64,000 nucleotides of DNA. Source: Blastocystis sp. Blastoise. Taxonomy: Eukaryota; Protista; Bigyra: Opalinata. A program made the translations under genes and the position numbers. This document shows positions 1-10,600 of the stretch, piece by piece (position 1 is the stretch's first letter; every line of letters starts with the position of its first letter). The DNA is taken from the NCBI GenBank assembly GCA_039096225.1, contig JBBPEB010000004.1, positions 620,001 through 684,000 of the forward strand, read 5' to 3'. The notes beneath the pieces were generated by a model that saw only the letters and a program-made list of their open reading frames with translations, was not told where the DNA came from and made no database searches.

Positions 1-3000
1 TACTAATTTATCTATTATTTCTACTCATGAAAATATTCCTACTGTTAACATTACACAATCTAATTCTACTGTTTTAAATACTTCTGAATCTACTAATTTA
101 ATGAATTCTTCTAATGCTATTGATTCTTCTGCTTTTGTTGATTCTACTAATTCTATTTATTCTTCTGCTTCTATGGTTTCTTCTAATGCTCTTGATTCTT
201 CTGCTCCTATGGATTCTTCTTTTTCTATGGATTCTTCTGATTCTATAAACTCTCCTGATGCTATAAATTCTCCTGAATCTTCTGATTCTCCTCCTACTCC
301 TACACTTAGTCAATTACTACACAATAGAATATTCCCAAATGATACGAATCCTCCTTCTTGGGCAAGAAATCCTACACTAGAACTATCTCCTTCTTTATCT
401 ACATCTTCAAATACTACTATAATAGATACTGCTACAATTACAAATAATACTCCTATTGGAAATGAAATTATTCATCCTTCTATACAAACTACCTCCCTTT
501 TATCCTCTGAAGATGAACCTATTTCTATCAATTTAAATAATACCGAACAAGAGGATCAAGATATATATACGAATTCTGATTCTAATATAGAAATACCTAT
601 ACTTACTCCTAATGATATAATAGATGAAAATGAGATTCCTACAAATGAAACTATACTAAATACTATTGAAAATAATGAATTTATTCTTTCTTTTCCTACT
701 AATATATATACTATTACTTCTCCTCCTAAAGATTTTCCTACTAAATTTAATTGGCTTTTCCCGGCAAAACCTGAATTTCTAATTGGTTATAACACAATAA
801 AAAAACATAAAAATGGAAAGAAATGGAATAATATAGAATCCTTAAAGGAATTTATAAATCACTTCACTTTAATGTTTATCTACGAGAAAAGAAAAAATAG
901 GCCTAGAATTCAAAAAAGAATTACCCGCCAAAAAGCATTCTCCATGTTATTCCCTCAGTCAAGTGTGAATACACTGTTCTACTTACTACGAACTCTCAGA
1001 AATATTTATTCAAATAAACATAGAAATTCTAGTGCTCCAATAAATGAAGTAGCGAAACAAAATGAAATCCCTATACAAGAAAGAATAACTCCAAGTGATA
1101 CAACAAATAACTATATACAAAATGAAATTGAGGATAATACACATACTAATATGGGTACCTTTTTATCTCCTGTTCCTTCTGATTCTATAACTACTATTGA
1201 ACCTACTATTCCTTCTATCTCAAATTCTATAATTAATTCTAATTCTATTCCTATACATATTTCTTCTTCTTCTACAAATACTACAAATAATATTGATACT
1301 CCTATTATCATGAATACTACTATAAATCCAGATGATCATACTATAATAGAATCTTCTATATCTATAGAATCTCCTATTACAGTCAATATTTCTTCTACTA
1401 TAGAATCTCCTATATCTATAGAATCTCCTTCTAATATAGATTCAACAAACTTATCTTCTTCTATGAATATAGATCAAATAAATACCAATATAATAAACAA
1501 TACTATTATATCTTCTCCTTCTATAAATAATACTCAATTGTCTCCTAATAGTTCTATAGAAAATATAGATATGGAATTAGATATAGATATTAATAGTATT
1601 CCTTCTACTTTGAATACTATCGATTCTAATACAAATAATATTAATCAGCAAAAGGAATCTATCCATAAGGATTTAGTAAATAATACTATGAATATTACTA
1701 CAAACAAGGAGATTACTACATCTATAACTAATGAAGAAGAAAATACACAAAATAAGAGAAATACTATTAATCTTGATGAAACTAATACTCAAATGAATAA
1801 TACAACTACAATACAGAATCGAAATGAATACTATGATGTATCTTCTGATGAATCGATAATTAATATTTCTTCTACATCCACTTCAACTACTACCTCTCCT
1901 ATGAATTCTCCTATTCCTCTTGAAAATCATATAAGTCTCTCGAATATAGATTTTAATTTTACTCCACTTAATTCTACTCAAAAAGACATAAATGGATCTA
2001 AGAAGACTACTACAGAAACTACTACTACTATAGAAACTACTACTACTCCTCTTCCTATCAATACGAATGAAATTTTAAACAATAATAATACTATAGATAT
2101 TGATATAGATATAGATCAAAACATGAGTAATTCTGAAACAAATACTCCTATGAATACTATGGAAATACAAGAAGAAATAGCTTCTACTACTATGAATACT
2201 AATAATGATACTATGATGGATATTGAATCTTCTAATACTCAAGAAAATACTTCTACAAATAATTCAACTCAAAAGAATAAAAAGAATTCTACACAAAAAG
2301 GAAATAGAAATAAGAATACTAAGAATAAATCAAAATATGATGATTATATAAAGGCTCCTCGAATTCCTAATACTGAAGATCTCCTTTCTACTTACTCTCC
2401 TATTAATATTCAGAAAACTATACAATTCTCAAAAACTATCAAAGTAGATAATACTCCTAAAAGACGACTTTCTTCCATGGCTATACATAAATTAGGAAAT
2501 TGGAAAAGTTTCATTAGATTTAACAAATTTATAGAAGATAAACTCATACCTCTTGTTACTCCTTTCCCTAACTCCTCTGATGAATCGAATACTATACAGA
2601 TGAATAACGAAATGATTAATTCCTTCAATAATATATGTGATTATATTCAAAATGAACTTTATAACTGGATATATAATAATTCTATTCCTACTTATAGATC
2701 TTGGCATGATAATAATCTCAATAACAACAGTTCTATTAAGAAATATAATACTATATACAGAAAGAATAATAGTTATTCTCCTTCTCAAAGGAATAACTAT
2801 AATGATAAGAATTCTTCAAATAAATATTCTTATGCTGGAAAAAATAGAAATAGCAATTCATATAGATCAAATAACCAATATAGAAACTTAAAGAAAACAT
2901 ATACTAGAAAGAATAATCAATATAGAAAGAAGTATATGGATATGCATGATATTTCTCAAAATAATCGCGGTTATGGTCAAAATCAAAACTATACTGGTTC

Positions 3001-6000
3001 TTCTCCTAATAATCTTCAGAATACTACTAATAATACGGATGCTATGAATACTCATGATATTTCTCAGAATAATCATGGGAATACTCAAAATCGATATGAT
3101 ACTCAAAATATTCCTGGAAATAATCATGATTATAATCAACATAGATATAATAGAAGAAAGAATAATTATAATCATCCTATAAACAATTATAGTAATAAAA
3201 ACAAATATAAAAAGAATAAAAAATATAAGAACTATATGGATTTAAGTCCTTCTACTACTACTACTACTAATCGATCTACTACTATAAATGGTACTACTCC
3301 CTCTACTGATACTACTTCTCCTTCTACTGCTTCTCCTCCTACTACTTCCCCTCCTCCTACTACTACTACTCCTACTAATAATACTAACACTATACATATG
3401 AATAATAATTTCAAACAAACGAATGATGATTTCTTTGATAATAATCCTTTCAGAAAATCTACGGATAATGAAATTGAAGCTTTAAAGAAATACTATAATA
3501 ATCTAAAAAGTAATCTAGATACTCTAAAATACGATTTGAATCATACTATATTACCTAATATTCCTGAAACTGAATCCTATACTATCTCTTCTACTCTTTC
3601 TGAGTCTATCCTTAATTGGAAAAATAAACTACAATCTATTACACTCTTTGATGAAGATGAAGAATTAAAAATAAATATATTAAATATCTTACAGAAAGAT
3701 AATGAAAATAATAATACTCCTCTACTTACTCTAGAACAATGGAAAGAGATATTAAATCTTATAATGAATGAGATAGAATCATGCTTATGGAATATTAACC
3801 AACTTAAAGAAGCTAAAATAAGAATTACTTCTATTAATGATGCTAAGAAAATACAATCCGAATTTGATAAGAATACTAAAGCTTTCTTAAGAAGTAAAGT
3901 ATTCTCTAAAACTACTCCTAGATATTGTGAAATACCTTCTAAGGATTTACAAGAACAATTTACGAAACTATATGATTCACAAGAAACTTCAGATAATATA
4001 TTACTTCCAGATATTATAAAATCAAATACTAAACAATTACTAAATCCTCCTGCCCTTAATAAGATAACCTATGAAAGAATTAGACATGCATTAAAATTTT
4101 TACCAAATAACAGTACTCCTGGTCCTAATGGTCTCCCTTATGAAGTTTACAAATACTCCTCTTCTGCTTGTTCTCTATTGGCTTATATATTAGAAATATG
4201 TCGTTCGAATGGTATTACTCTAAAATCTTGGAGTTCCTCTATCACTTGCCTACTAGACAAAAATAAATCGGATCCTAGTAGCTTAGGAAACTGGAGACCT
4301 TTGGCTTTACAAAATACTGAATCAAAAATACTTTCTTCTATAATGGTTACCTACATGAATGAACTAAACAATAAACAAAACTTTATGTCAAAATATCAAA
4401 AAGGATTTATATCTGGAATACCTGGTTGTGAAGAACTTAATTTCATACTACAAAACTACATAGCTAACTTTAAACTATCTAGAAGAGCTAAAACTGCTGC
4501 CTATTTTACTTTCCTCGACTTGGAGAAGGCCTATGATACGGTACCTCAAAGATTAATGCATCAAATTCTTCAATATATGAACTTCCCTATAGACTTCAGA
4601 AATATTATTCTATCCTTATACTCTTCTGCTAATACTGTTATAAGATTAACCAAAAATTCATATACAGATCCTATATACTTAAAGCGTGGAATAAGACAAG
4701 GTGATCCCCTATCTCCTCTTCTATTCAATATTATACTTAATCCTTTATTGAATTACCTGAACAATAATCAAGCCATGATGATGAATATTAAAGATAACAC
4801 TACTCCTAATAATCCTATTGTTATATCAGAAAGTAATGCTTATGCTTATGCAGATGATATCGTCCTGCTAGCTAACAATAAAGAAGATACGGAAGTTCTT
4901 TTAGGAAAGGTAAAAGAAATACTTAATATATATCATATGAAACTATCGGTTAATAAATGTAAGTGTTTAGCGATGAAATATTCCAATGATGGAAATAGAA
5001 AACTTACGTATACTCCTCCTCCTCCTACTTATAATAATGAAGTGATTACTCTACTTAAAGATACTGAAATCCAAAGATATTTAGGATGTCCTATGGGTGA
5101 ATCCATTACTAAACGAAGAGAATTCTGGGTGAATACGTTAGATGAAATCAAAGAAAAAATAAATTCTTTAAATACTATTCCTATTAGTCCTCATCAAAAA
5201 TTAATAACTCTTCGTCAATATATTATTCCTTGTATTGAATTCTTGGCTAGAAATGGTGATACTAATATACTTAAAATAAAAGAACTGGATGTACTAATAA
5301 GAAATAATGTTAAGAATTGGAATGGATGTTCTTCTGTCTGGCCTAAAGACTTTTATAGCACTTCAATACGAGATGGTGGACTTGGTGTTACTTCGTTGTT
5401 AGATAGGTACTATATTGGTAAAGCTTCTCTACTGGTAAGAATGGCTAATTCAAATGATATAAATATTAGAAATACTTTATATTATGCTCTTAGATATACT
5501 ACTCTACAAAATTCTCTATATGTGATTAATGATCCAATAAACTATATGAGAGGCCATATTCCTACTGAAATCCCTGAAACTAGAAAGAAAGATTTGGTAT
5601 TCTTTAATCTATCTATCAACAATATTAACAAACCCTTAAAAGCAAAGAAAGAAAATAATACTATTATTCCTCTAGATATAGACTTTACTACACTGAACCA
5701 TCCCTTCCCTTATATAAGAAAAGCAATTGATGCTATAGTTGCTTTAAACATGGACATATGTTACTATGAAAATAATCCGAAAAATGGAGCTGGAATAAGA
5801 ATAAGAAGTACTGATAATAGTATATCGAAATTTATAGAAGCGAAAGATGTGAAACGTAAGATGTGTAAATTATTAAATGAATCTTTGAAAATAAGACATG
5901 CTTCTATGCTGAAAGAATACTCCTATTTGCAATATACTAAATATTTGAATAATAATATATCGTGTAACAAATGGATATACAAAACAAAACATATTAATCC

Positions 6001-6796
6001 TTCAAAATACTGTGCCTTATTGAATCTTCGAATGAGAACCCTATATACTGGTGAGATGGCTTATAGAAGACAAGATCCGAAAGGAAAGAAACCTACTCTA
6101 CATGATACTGTCGCTTTATGTCCTTATTGTTTGAAAACTAAAAATGAATCAAGAATACATAGTCAAACACACATCATGACTACTTGTGCTAGAATCTCTA
6201 GAAATGAAAATGGACACGATCTGATTAGCAAAAGACATAATGAAATACGAGAATGTTTAACTAGATCTTTGGCAAAAGCTCTTCCTTATACTATTTATAA
6301 AGTCAATCAAGAAAAATCAATGAATACTATTCTATATGATGGTAAGAATAAAGAGGAATGGGCTAATCGTCGTCCAGATATTATAATTACAAGTGAGAAA
6401 GAAATAAGAATGGTAGAAATTGGTGTTACTTATGAACAAGTAGATGGAACTCGTGATACTATCTTAGAAATGAAACATACTAAAGATCATTCATATGATG
6501 AAGCTATACAAAAATTACAACATGATTTCCCTAATAAACAAATCTCCTACTATACTGTTATACTTGGTGCCTCTGGGACAATTCCTGAATCTACTATTCA
6601 TAATATATCTCAAGTCTCAAAACTCAAAGGAAGATACTTATACTTTTTAATATCAAAAATTAATGATATAGTCTTAGAATGGGCCTATAAGTATTGGAGA
6701 CTATCTCTTTCTGATTCTAGACTAATTACAAAAAATATTTCTAGACTACATTCTTCTGCTGCTCATATTGAACTAACTCAACGAAATATTGAATAA
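1..6796 (+). CDS. Retrotransposon polyprotein, copy 1 (5'-partial): low-complexity N-terminus, reverse transcriptase, CCHC knuckle, REL endonuclease
   Basis: PGPNGLPY, NWRPLAL, FLDLEKAYDTV, GIRQGDPLSPLLF, YADD, RYLG, GGLG; CPYC..H...C; RHN; RPDIII..VEIGV; no stops. Confidence 0.95.
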   Translation, partial: TNLSIISTHENIPTVNITQSNSTVLNTSESTNLMNSSNAIDSSAFVDSTNSIYSSASMVSSNALDSSAPMDSSFSMDSSDSINSPDAINSPESSDSPPTPTLSQLLHNRIFPNDTNPPSWARNPTLELSPSLSTSSNTTIIDTATITNNTPIGNEIIHPSIQTTSLLSSEDEPISINLNNTEQEDQDIYTNSDSNIEIPILTPNDIIDENEIPTNETILNTIENNEFILSFPTNIYTITSPPKDFPTKFNWLFPAKPEFLIGYNTIKKHKNGKKWNNIESLKEFINHFTLMFIYEKRKNRPRIQKRITRQKAFSMLFPQSSVNTLFYLLRTLRNIYSNKHRNSSAPINEVAKQNEIPIQERITPSDTTNNYIQNEIEDNTHTNMGTFLSPVPSDSITTIEPTIPSISNSIINSNSIPIHISSSSTNTTNNIDTPIIMNTTINPDDHTIIESSISIESPITVNISSTIESPISIESPSNIDSTNLSSSMNIDQINTNIINNTIISSPSINNTQLSPNSSIENIDMELDIDINSIPSTLNTIDSNTNNINQQKESIHKDLVNNTMNITTNKEITTSITNEEENTQNKRNTINLDETNTQMNNTTTIQNRNEYYDVSSDESIINISSTSTSTTTSPMNSPIPLENHISLSNIDFNFTPLNSTQKDINGSKKTTTETTTTIETTTTPLPINTNEILNNNNTIDIDIDIDQNMSNSETNTPMNTMEIQEEIASTTMNTNNDTMMDIESSNTQENTSTNNSTQKNKKNSTQKGNRNKNTKNKSKYDDYIKAPRIPNTEDLLSTYSPINIQKTIQFSKTIKVDNTPKRRLSSMAIHKLGNWKSFIRFNKFIEDKLIPLVTPFPNSSDESNTIQMNNEMINSFNNICDYIQNELYNWIYNNSIPTYRSWHDNNLNNNSSIKKYNTIYRKNNSYSPSQRNNYNDKNSSNKYSYAGKNRNSNSYRSNNQYRNLKKTYTRKNNQYRKKYMDMHDISQNNRGYGQNQNYTGSSPNNLQNTTNNTDAMNTHDISQNNHGNTQNRYDTQNIPGNNHDYNQHRYNRRKNNYNHPINNYSNKNKYKKNKKYKNYMDLSPSTTTTTNRSTTINGTTPSTDTTSPSTASPPTTSPPPTTTTPTNNTNTIHMNNNFKQTNDDFFDNNPFRKSTDNEIEALKKYYNNLKSNLDTLKYDLNHTILPNIPETESYTISSTLSESILNWKNKLQSITLFDEDEELKINILNILQKDNENNNTPLLTLEQWKEILNLIMNEIESCLWNINQLKEAKIRITSINDAKKIQSEFDKNTKAFLRSKVFSKTTPRYCEIPSKDLQEQFTKLYDSQETSDNILLPDIIKSNTKQLLNPPALNKITYERIRHALKFLPNNSTPGPNGLPYEVYKYSSSACSLLAYILEICRSNGITLKSWSSSITCLLDKNKSDPSSLGNWRPLALQNTESKILSSIMVTYMNELNNKQNFMSKYQKGFISGIPGCEELNFILQNYIANFKLSRRAKTAAYFTFLDLEKAYDTVPQRLMHQILQYMNFPIDFRNIILSLYSSANTVIRLTKNSYTDPIYLKRGIRQGDPLSPLLFNIILNPLLNYLNNNQAMMMNIKDNTTPNNPIVISESNAYAYADDIVLLANNKEDTEVLLGKVKEILNIYHMKLSVNKCKCLAMKYSNDGNRKLTYTPPPPTYNNEVITLLKDTEIQRYLGCPMGESITKRREFWVNTLDEIKEKINSLNTIPISPHQKLITLRQYIIPCIEFLARNGDTNILKIKELDVLIRNNVKNWNGCSSVWPKDFYSTSIRDGGLGVTSLLDRYYIGKASLLVRMANSNDINIRNTLYYALRYTTLQNSLYVINDPINYMRGHIPTEIPETRKKDLVFFNLSINNINKPLKAKKENNTIIPLDIDFTTLNHPFPYIRKAIDAIVALNMDICYYENNPKNGAGIRIRSTDNSISKFIEAKDVKRKMCKLLNESLKIRHASMLKEYSYLQYTKYLNNNISCNKWIYKTKHINPSKYCALLNLRMRTLYTGEMAYRRQDPKGKKPTLHDTVALCPYCLKTKNESRIHSQTHIMTTCARISRNENGHDLISKRHNEIRECLTRSLAKALPYTIYKVNQEKSMNTILYDGKNKEEWANRRPDIIITSEKEIRMVEIGVTYEQVDGTRDTILEMKHTKDHSYDEAIQKLQHDFPNKQISYYTVILGASGTIPESTIHNISQVSKLKGRYLYFLISKINDIVLEWAYKYWRLSLSDSRLITKNISRLHSSAAHIELTQRNIE

Positions 6797-7317
6797 TATA
6801 TATTACTATATGGAATAATATATACTACTAATTATCCTCTATAATACTTCTATTCATCCTCCATATACTATATTGAATATACTACTTCTACTTATACTAT
6901 ATTGATGAAATTTATCTACTACTTATCCTCTACATATTACAATGGATATTATATTAATAATTCTACTTTATATTATACTTACTATATATATCTACTCCCT
7001 ATCCTCTATATATTATATTGGATATATTACTTTTACTTGATTTTATAATTTACTACTTTTTATATATATCTTTTTATTGAAATCTTTTCTTTATATCTTA
7101 TTCTAATTCTATTTAATGAAAACTTATTTATACTGATTGAATTTATAATCAGCTCTGATTGAATATCTATATATTTATAGATTGAATTTTCTCTTTTTCT
7201 CTTACTTACTATTTATTAAACTCTTATCTTAAAAATATTACTTAAAAAATTATTCTACTACTTATTAACCTTTAATATTAATTAAATCAATTAAATTATA
7301 TTAATTACATATATATA

Positions 7318-7500
7318 GTCGTGATATGAAAGGTATATTGTACCTATACATCAGCTATATCCCAGAAATGCTTGGGAGGTGTTAAAATTGTGTTACTAGA
7401 TCTGGTATCAGTACACAAATCCCATTCAGAGAGTCCTATTGGTTATTTTAAGGTGCATATGAAATACATGTGTTGTGATATCCCCGTGGTAAAACATACT
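7318..7500 (+). other. Structured 3' UTR segment of the retrotransposon (series of hairpins); repeated at 15909-16091
   Basis: GC-richer island with stems AGGTA/TACCT, TCCCA/TGGGA, TTGTG..TACT/AGTACACAA and GCATATG/CATGTGT. Confidence 0.5.
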
Positions 7501-7627
7501 TAAACAAAACAAAATGAACAAAAGTTATTAAATGATATTTTAAATTTATTTTAATTTTTTTATGTTCTTTTTCTGTTTGTGTACCGTTCTCTCTGGTACA
7601 AATGGTTACTTTAATTGGCTAACACTT

Positions 7628-7662
7628 GGGGTTCGATCCCCCTATCAGGCGTTTCTTTTTTA
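7628..7662 (+). pseudogene. tRNA 3' fragment (T-arm, acceptor 3' strand, discriminator G; tRNA-Lys-like) plus T-run; probable target-site duplication
   Basis: GGGG-TTCGATC-CCCC-T-ATCAGGC-G then TTTCTTTTTT; B-box motif GGTTCGATCC; no matching GCCTGAT 5' strand upstream. Confidence 0.75.
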
Positions 7663-10600
7663 CATTTTTTTTATATCCTCATGCAATCAGCAATCCATTT
7701 TAGTAACAACGGTGAAGTTCCGGAGTCAAAACTCCAAGTTGATCTGAAGATCAGAGATAAATCTGGGTCTACGAACCTGGCGTCTTCTTCTGCTCCTAGC
7801 CCTAGCGATGAGAACAGTTTACAGATAAACGAGAAACGAATTAAATCTGTGGAAGATGAGAAAAACGAAAAACAAAAAAATTATGATGAAAATGGTGATC
7901 CAAGATCAAAATTGGTTTTTTCCGGATTTGAAATCCCACAAAACTCCGAGTTCTCCCGTGATTCTACTACTACTAAAATAGATCCTCAAAATAAACAAGA
8001 TTATTCTTTAAATACTAAAGAATTAATAGACTTATCTCTTACTGGTTCAACTACTACAACTACAAACAATTCTTCTAACTGGGTACTTTCTGAAAGTGAT
8101 ACCCTCTACGTAGATACTACTTCCTCGGCTAAGAAACGAATTATGTCTCCGATATCTACACAATACAAGTCTATTCGAAAAAGAGTGGATACTCCTTTGA
8201 ACCCTCCTCTTGACTCTTCTCTACAAGTGAATTCTGAACCTTTGAAACCTTCTACTGAAAATACTTCTGAAAAGAAAGATGAATCTTGGTCTTCTACTGG
8301 TTGGTCTTCTGATGCCTTTGCTAAGTCTTGGTCTACTAATGTAAACATTTGGATTGATTATGATGATCCTAAACAAAACGTGAAATCTACTCAAAAATCT
8401 ACTACCAATCTTGGACTTCCTACACAAAATACGACTCTAAATCAACAAAATGATGTACCTATGGTTATTTCGGTGGCTACAAACACTCTTAATGAAAATT
8501 CTACTACTATTATTTCTTCTAATGCGTTATCTACTCCTGAAAATGTGTCCTCTACAAAAGAATCCCTGTTGAACAATTCTACTAACGAATCTACTAATTT
8601 ATCTATTATTTCTACTCATGAAAATATTCCTACTGTTAACATTACACAATCTAATTCTACTGTTTTAAATACTTCTGAATCTACTAATTTAATGAATTCT
8701 TCTAATGCTATTGATTCTTCTGCTTTTGTTGATTCTACTAATTCTATTTATTCTTCTGCTTCTATGGTTTCTTCTAATGCTCTTGATTCTTCTGCTCCTA
8801 TGGATTCTTCTTTTTCTATGGATTCTTCTGATTCTATAAACTCTCCTGATGCTATAAATTCTCCTGAATCTTCTGATTCTCCTCCTACTCCTACACTTAG
8901 TCAATTACTACACAATAGAATATTCCCAAATGATACGAATCCTCCTTCTTGGGCAAGAAATCCTACACTAGAACTATCTCCTTCTTTATCTACATCTTCA
9001 AATACTACTATAATAGATACTGCTACAATTACAAATAATACTCCTATTGGAAATGAAATTATTCATCCTTCTATACAAACTACCTCCCTTTTATCCTCTG
9101 AAGATGAACCTATTTCTATCAATTTAAATAATACCGAACAAGAGGATCAAGATATATATACGAATTCTGATTCTAATATAGAAATACCTATACTTACTCC
9201 TAATGATATAATAGATGAAAATGAGATTCCTACAAATGAAACTATACTAAATACTATTGAAAATAATGAATTTATTCTTTCTTTTCCTACTAATATATAT
9301 ACTATTACTTCTCCTCCTAAAGATTTTCCTACTAAATTTAATTGGCTTTTCCCGGCAAAACCTGAATTTCTAATTGGTTATAACACAATAAAAAAACATA
9401 AAAATGGAAAGAAATGGAATAATATAGAATCCTTAAAGGAATTTATAAATCACTTCACTTTAATGTTTATCTACGAGAAAAGAAAAAATAGGCCTAGAAT
9501 TCAAAAAAGAATTACCCGCCAAAAAGCATTCTCCATGTTATTCCCTCAGTCAAGTGTGAATACACTGTTCTACTTACTACGAACTCTCAGAAATATTTAT
9601 TCAAATAAACATAGAAATTCTAGTGCTCCAATAAATGAAGTAGCGAAACAAAATGAAATCCCTATACAAGAAAGAATAACTCCAAGTGATACAACAAATA
9701 ACTATATACAAAATGAAATTGAGGATAATACACATACTAATATGGGTACCTTTTTATCTCCTGTTCCTTCTGATTCTATAACTACTATTGAACCTACTAT
9801 TCCTTCTATCTCAAATTCTATAATTAATTCTAATTCTATTCCTATACATATTTCTTCTTCTTCTACAAATACTACAAATAATATTGATACTCCTATTATC
9901 ATGAATACTACTATAAATCCAGATGATCATACTATAATAGAATCTTCTATATCTATAGAATCTCCTATTACAGTCAATATTTCTTCTACTATAGAATCTC
10001 CTATATCTATAGAATCTCCTTCTAATATAGATTCAACAAACTTATCTTCTTCTATGAATATAGATCAAATAAATACCAATATAATAAACAATACTATTAT
10101 ATCTTCTCCTTCTATAAATAATACTCAATTGTCTCCTAATAGTTCTATAGAAAATATAGATATGGAATTAGATATAGATATTAATAGTATTCCTTCTACT
10201 TTGAATACTATCGATTCTAATACAAATAATATTAATCAGCAAAAGGAATCTATCCATAAGGATTTAGTAAATAATACTATGAATATTACTACAAACAAGG
10301 AGATTACTACATCTATAACTAATGAAGAAGAAAATACACAAAATAAGAGAAATACTATTAATCTTGATGAAACTAATACTCAAATGAATAATACAACTAC
10401 AATACAGAATCGAAATGAATACTATGATGTATCTTCTGATGAATCGATAATTAATATTTCTTCTACATCCACTTCAACTACTACCTCTCCTATGAATTCT
10501 CCTATTCCTCTTGAAAATCATATAAGTCTCTCGAATATAGATTTTAATTTTACTCCACTTAATTCTACTCAAAAAGACATAAATGGATCTAAGAAGACTA

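Larger units (their letters stand above)
1..7627 (+). mobile_element. Non-LTR retrotransposon, REL-endonuclease (R2 superfamily) type, copy 1; 5' end outside window
   Basis: Near-identical to 8592-16218 at offset 8,591; encodes RT and REL domains; 3' boundary inferred from the start of tRNA homology at 7628. Confidence 0.93.

Noticed and set aside
7575-7625. HDV-like ribozyme (GTTTGTG/TACAAAT as P1, CCG-TTCTCTC-TGG as P3/L3, GG, GCTAA)
   Set aside because: No room for a P2 helix and the conserved L3 G is missing; a simple hairpin explains the pairing. Only a self-cleavage assay would exclude it fully.
7571-7651. Functional ochre-suppressor tRNA (loop CTTTAAT, anticodon TTA) implying a variant genetic code
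   Set aside because: No proper acceptor 5' strand, no A-box or D-loop GG, and a GU-heavy stem; the genes I decoded end in TAA and have no in-frame TAA.
7615-7680. N-terminal extension MANTWGSIPLSG... in the ORF track
   Set aside because: Starts at TTG and runs through the tRNA fragment and T-run; the first ATG is 7681.
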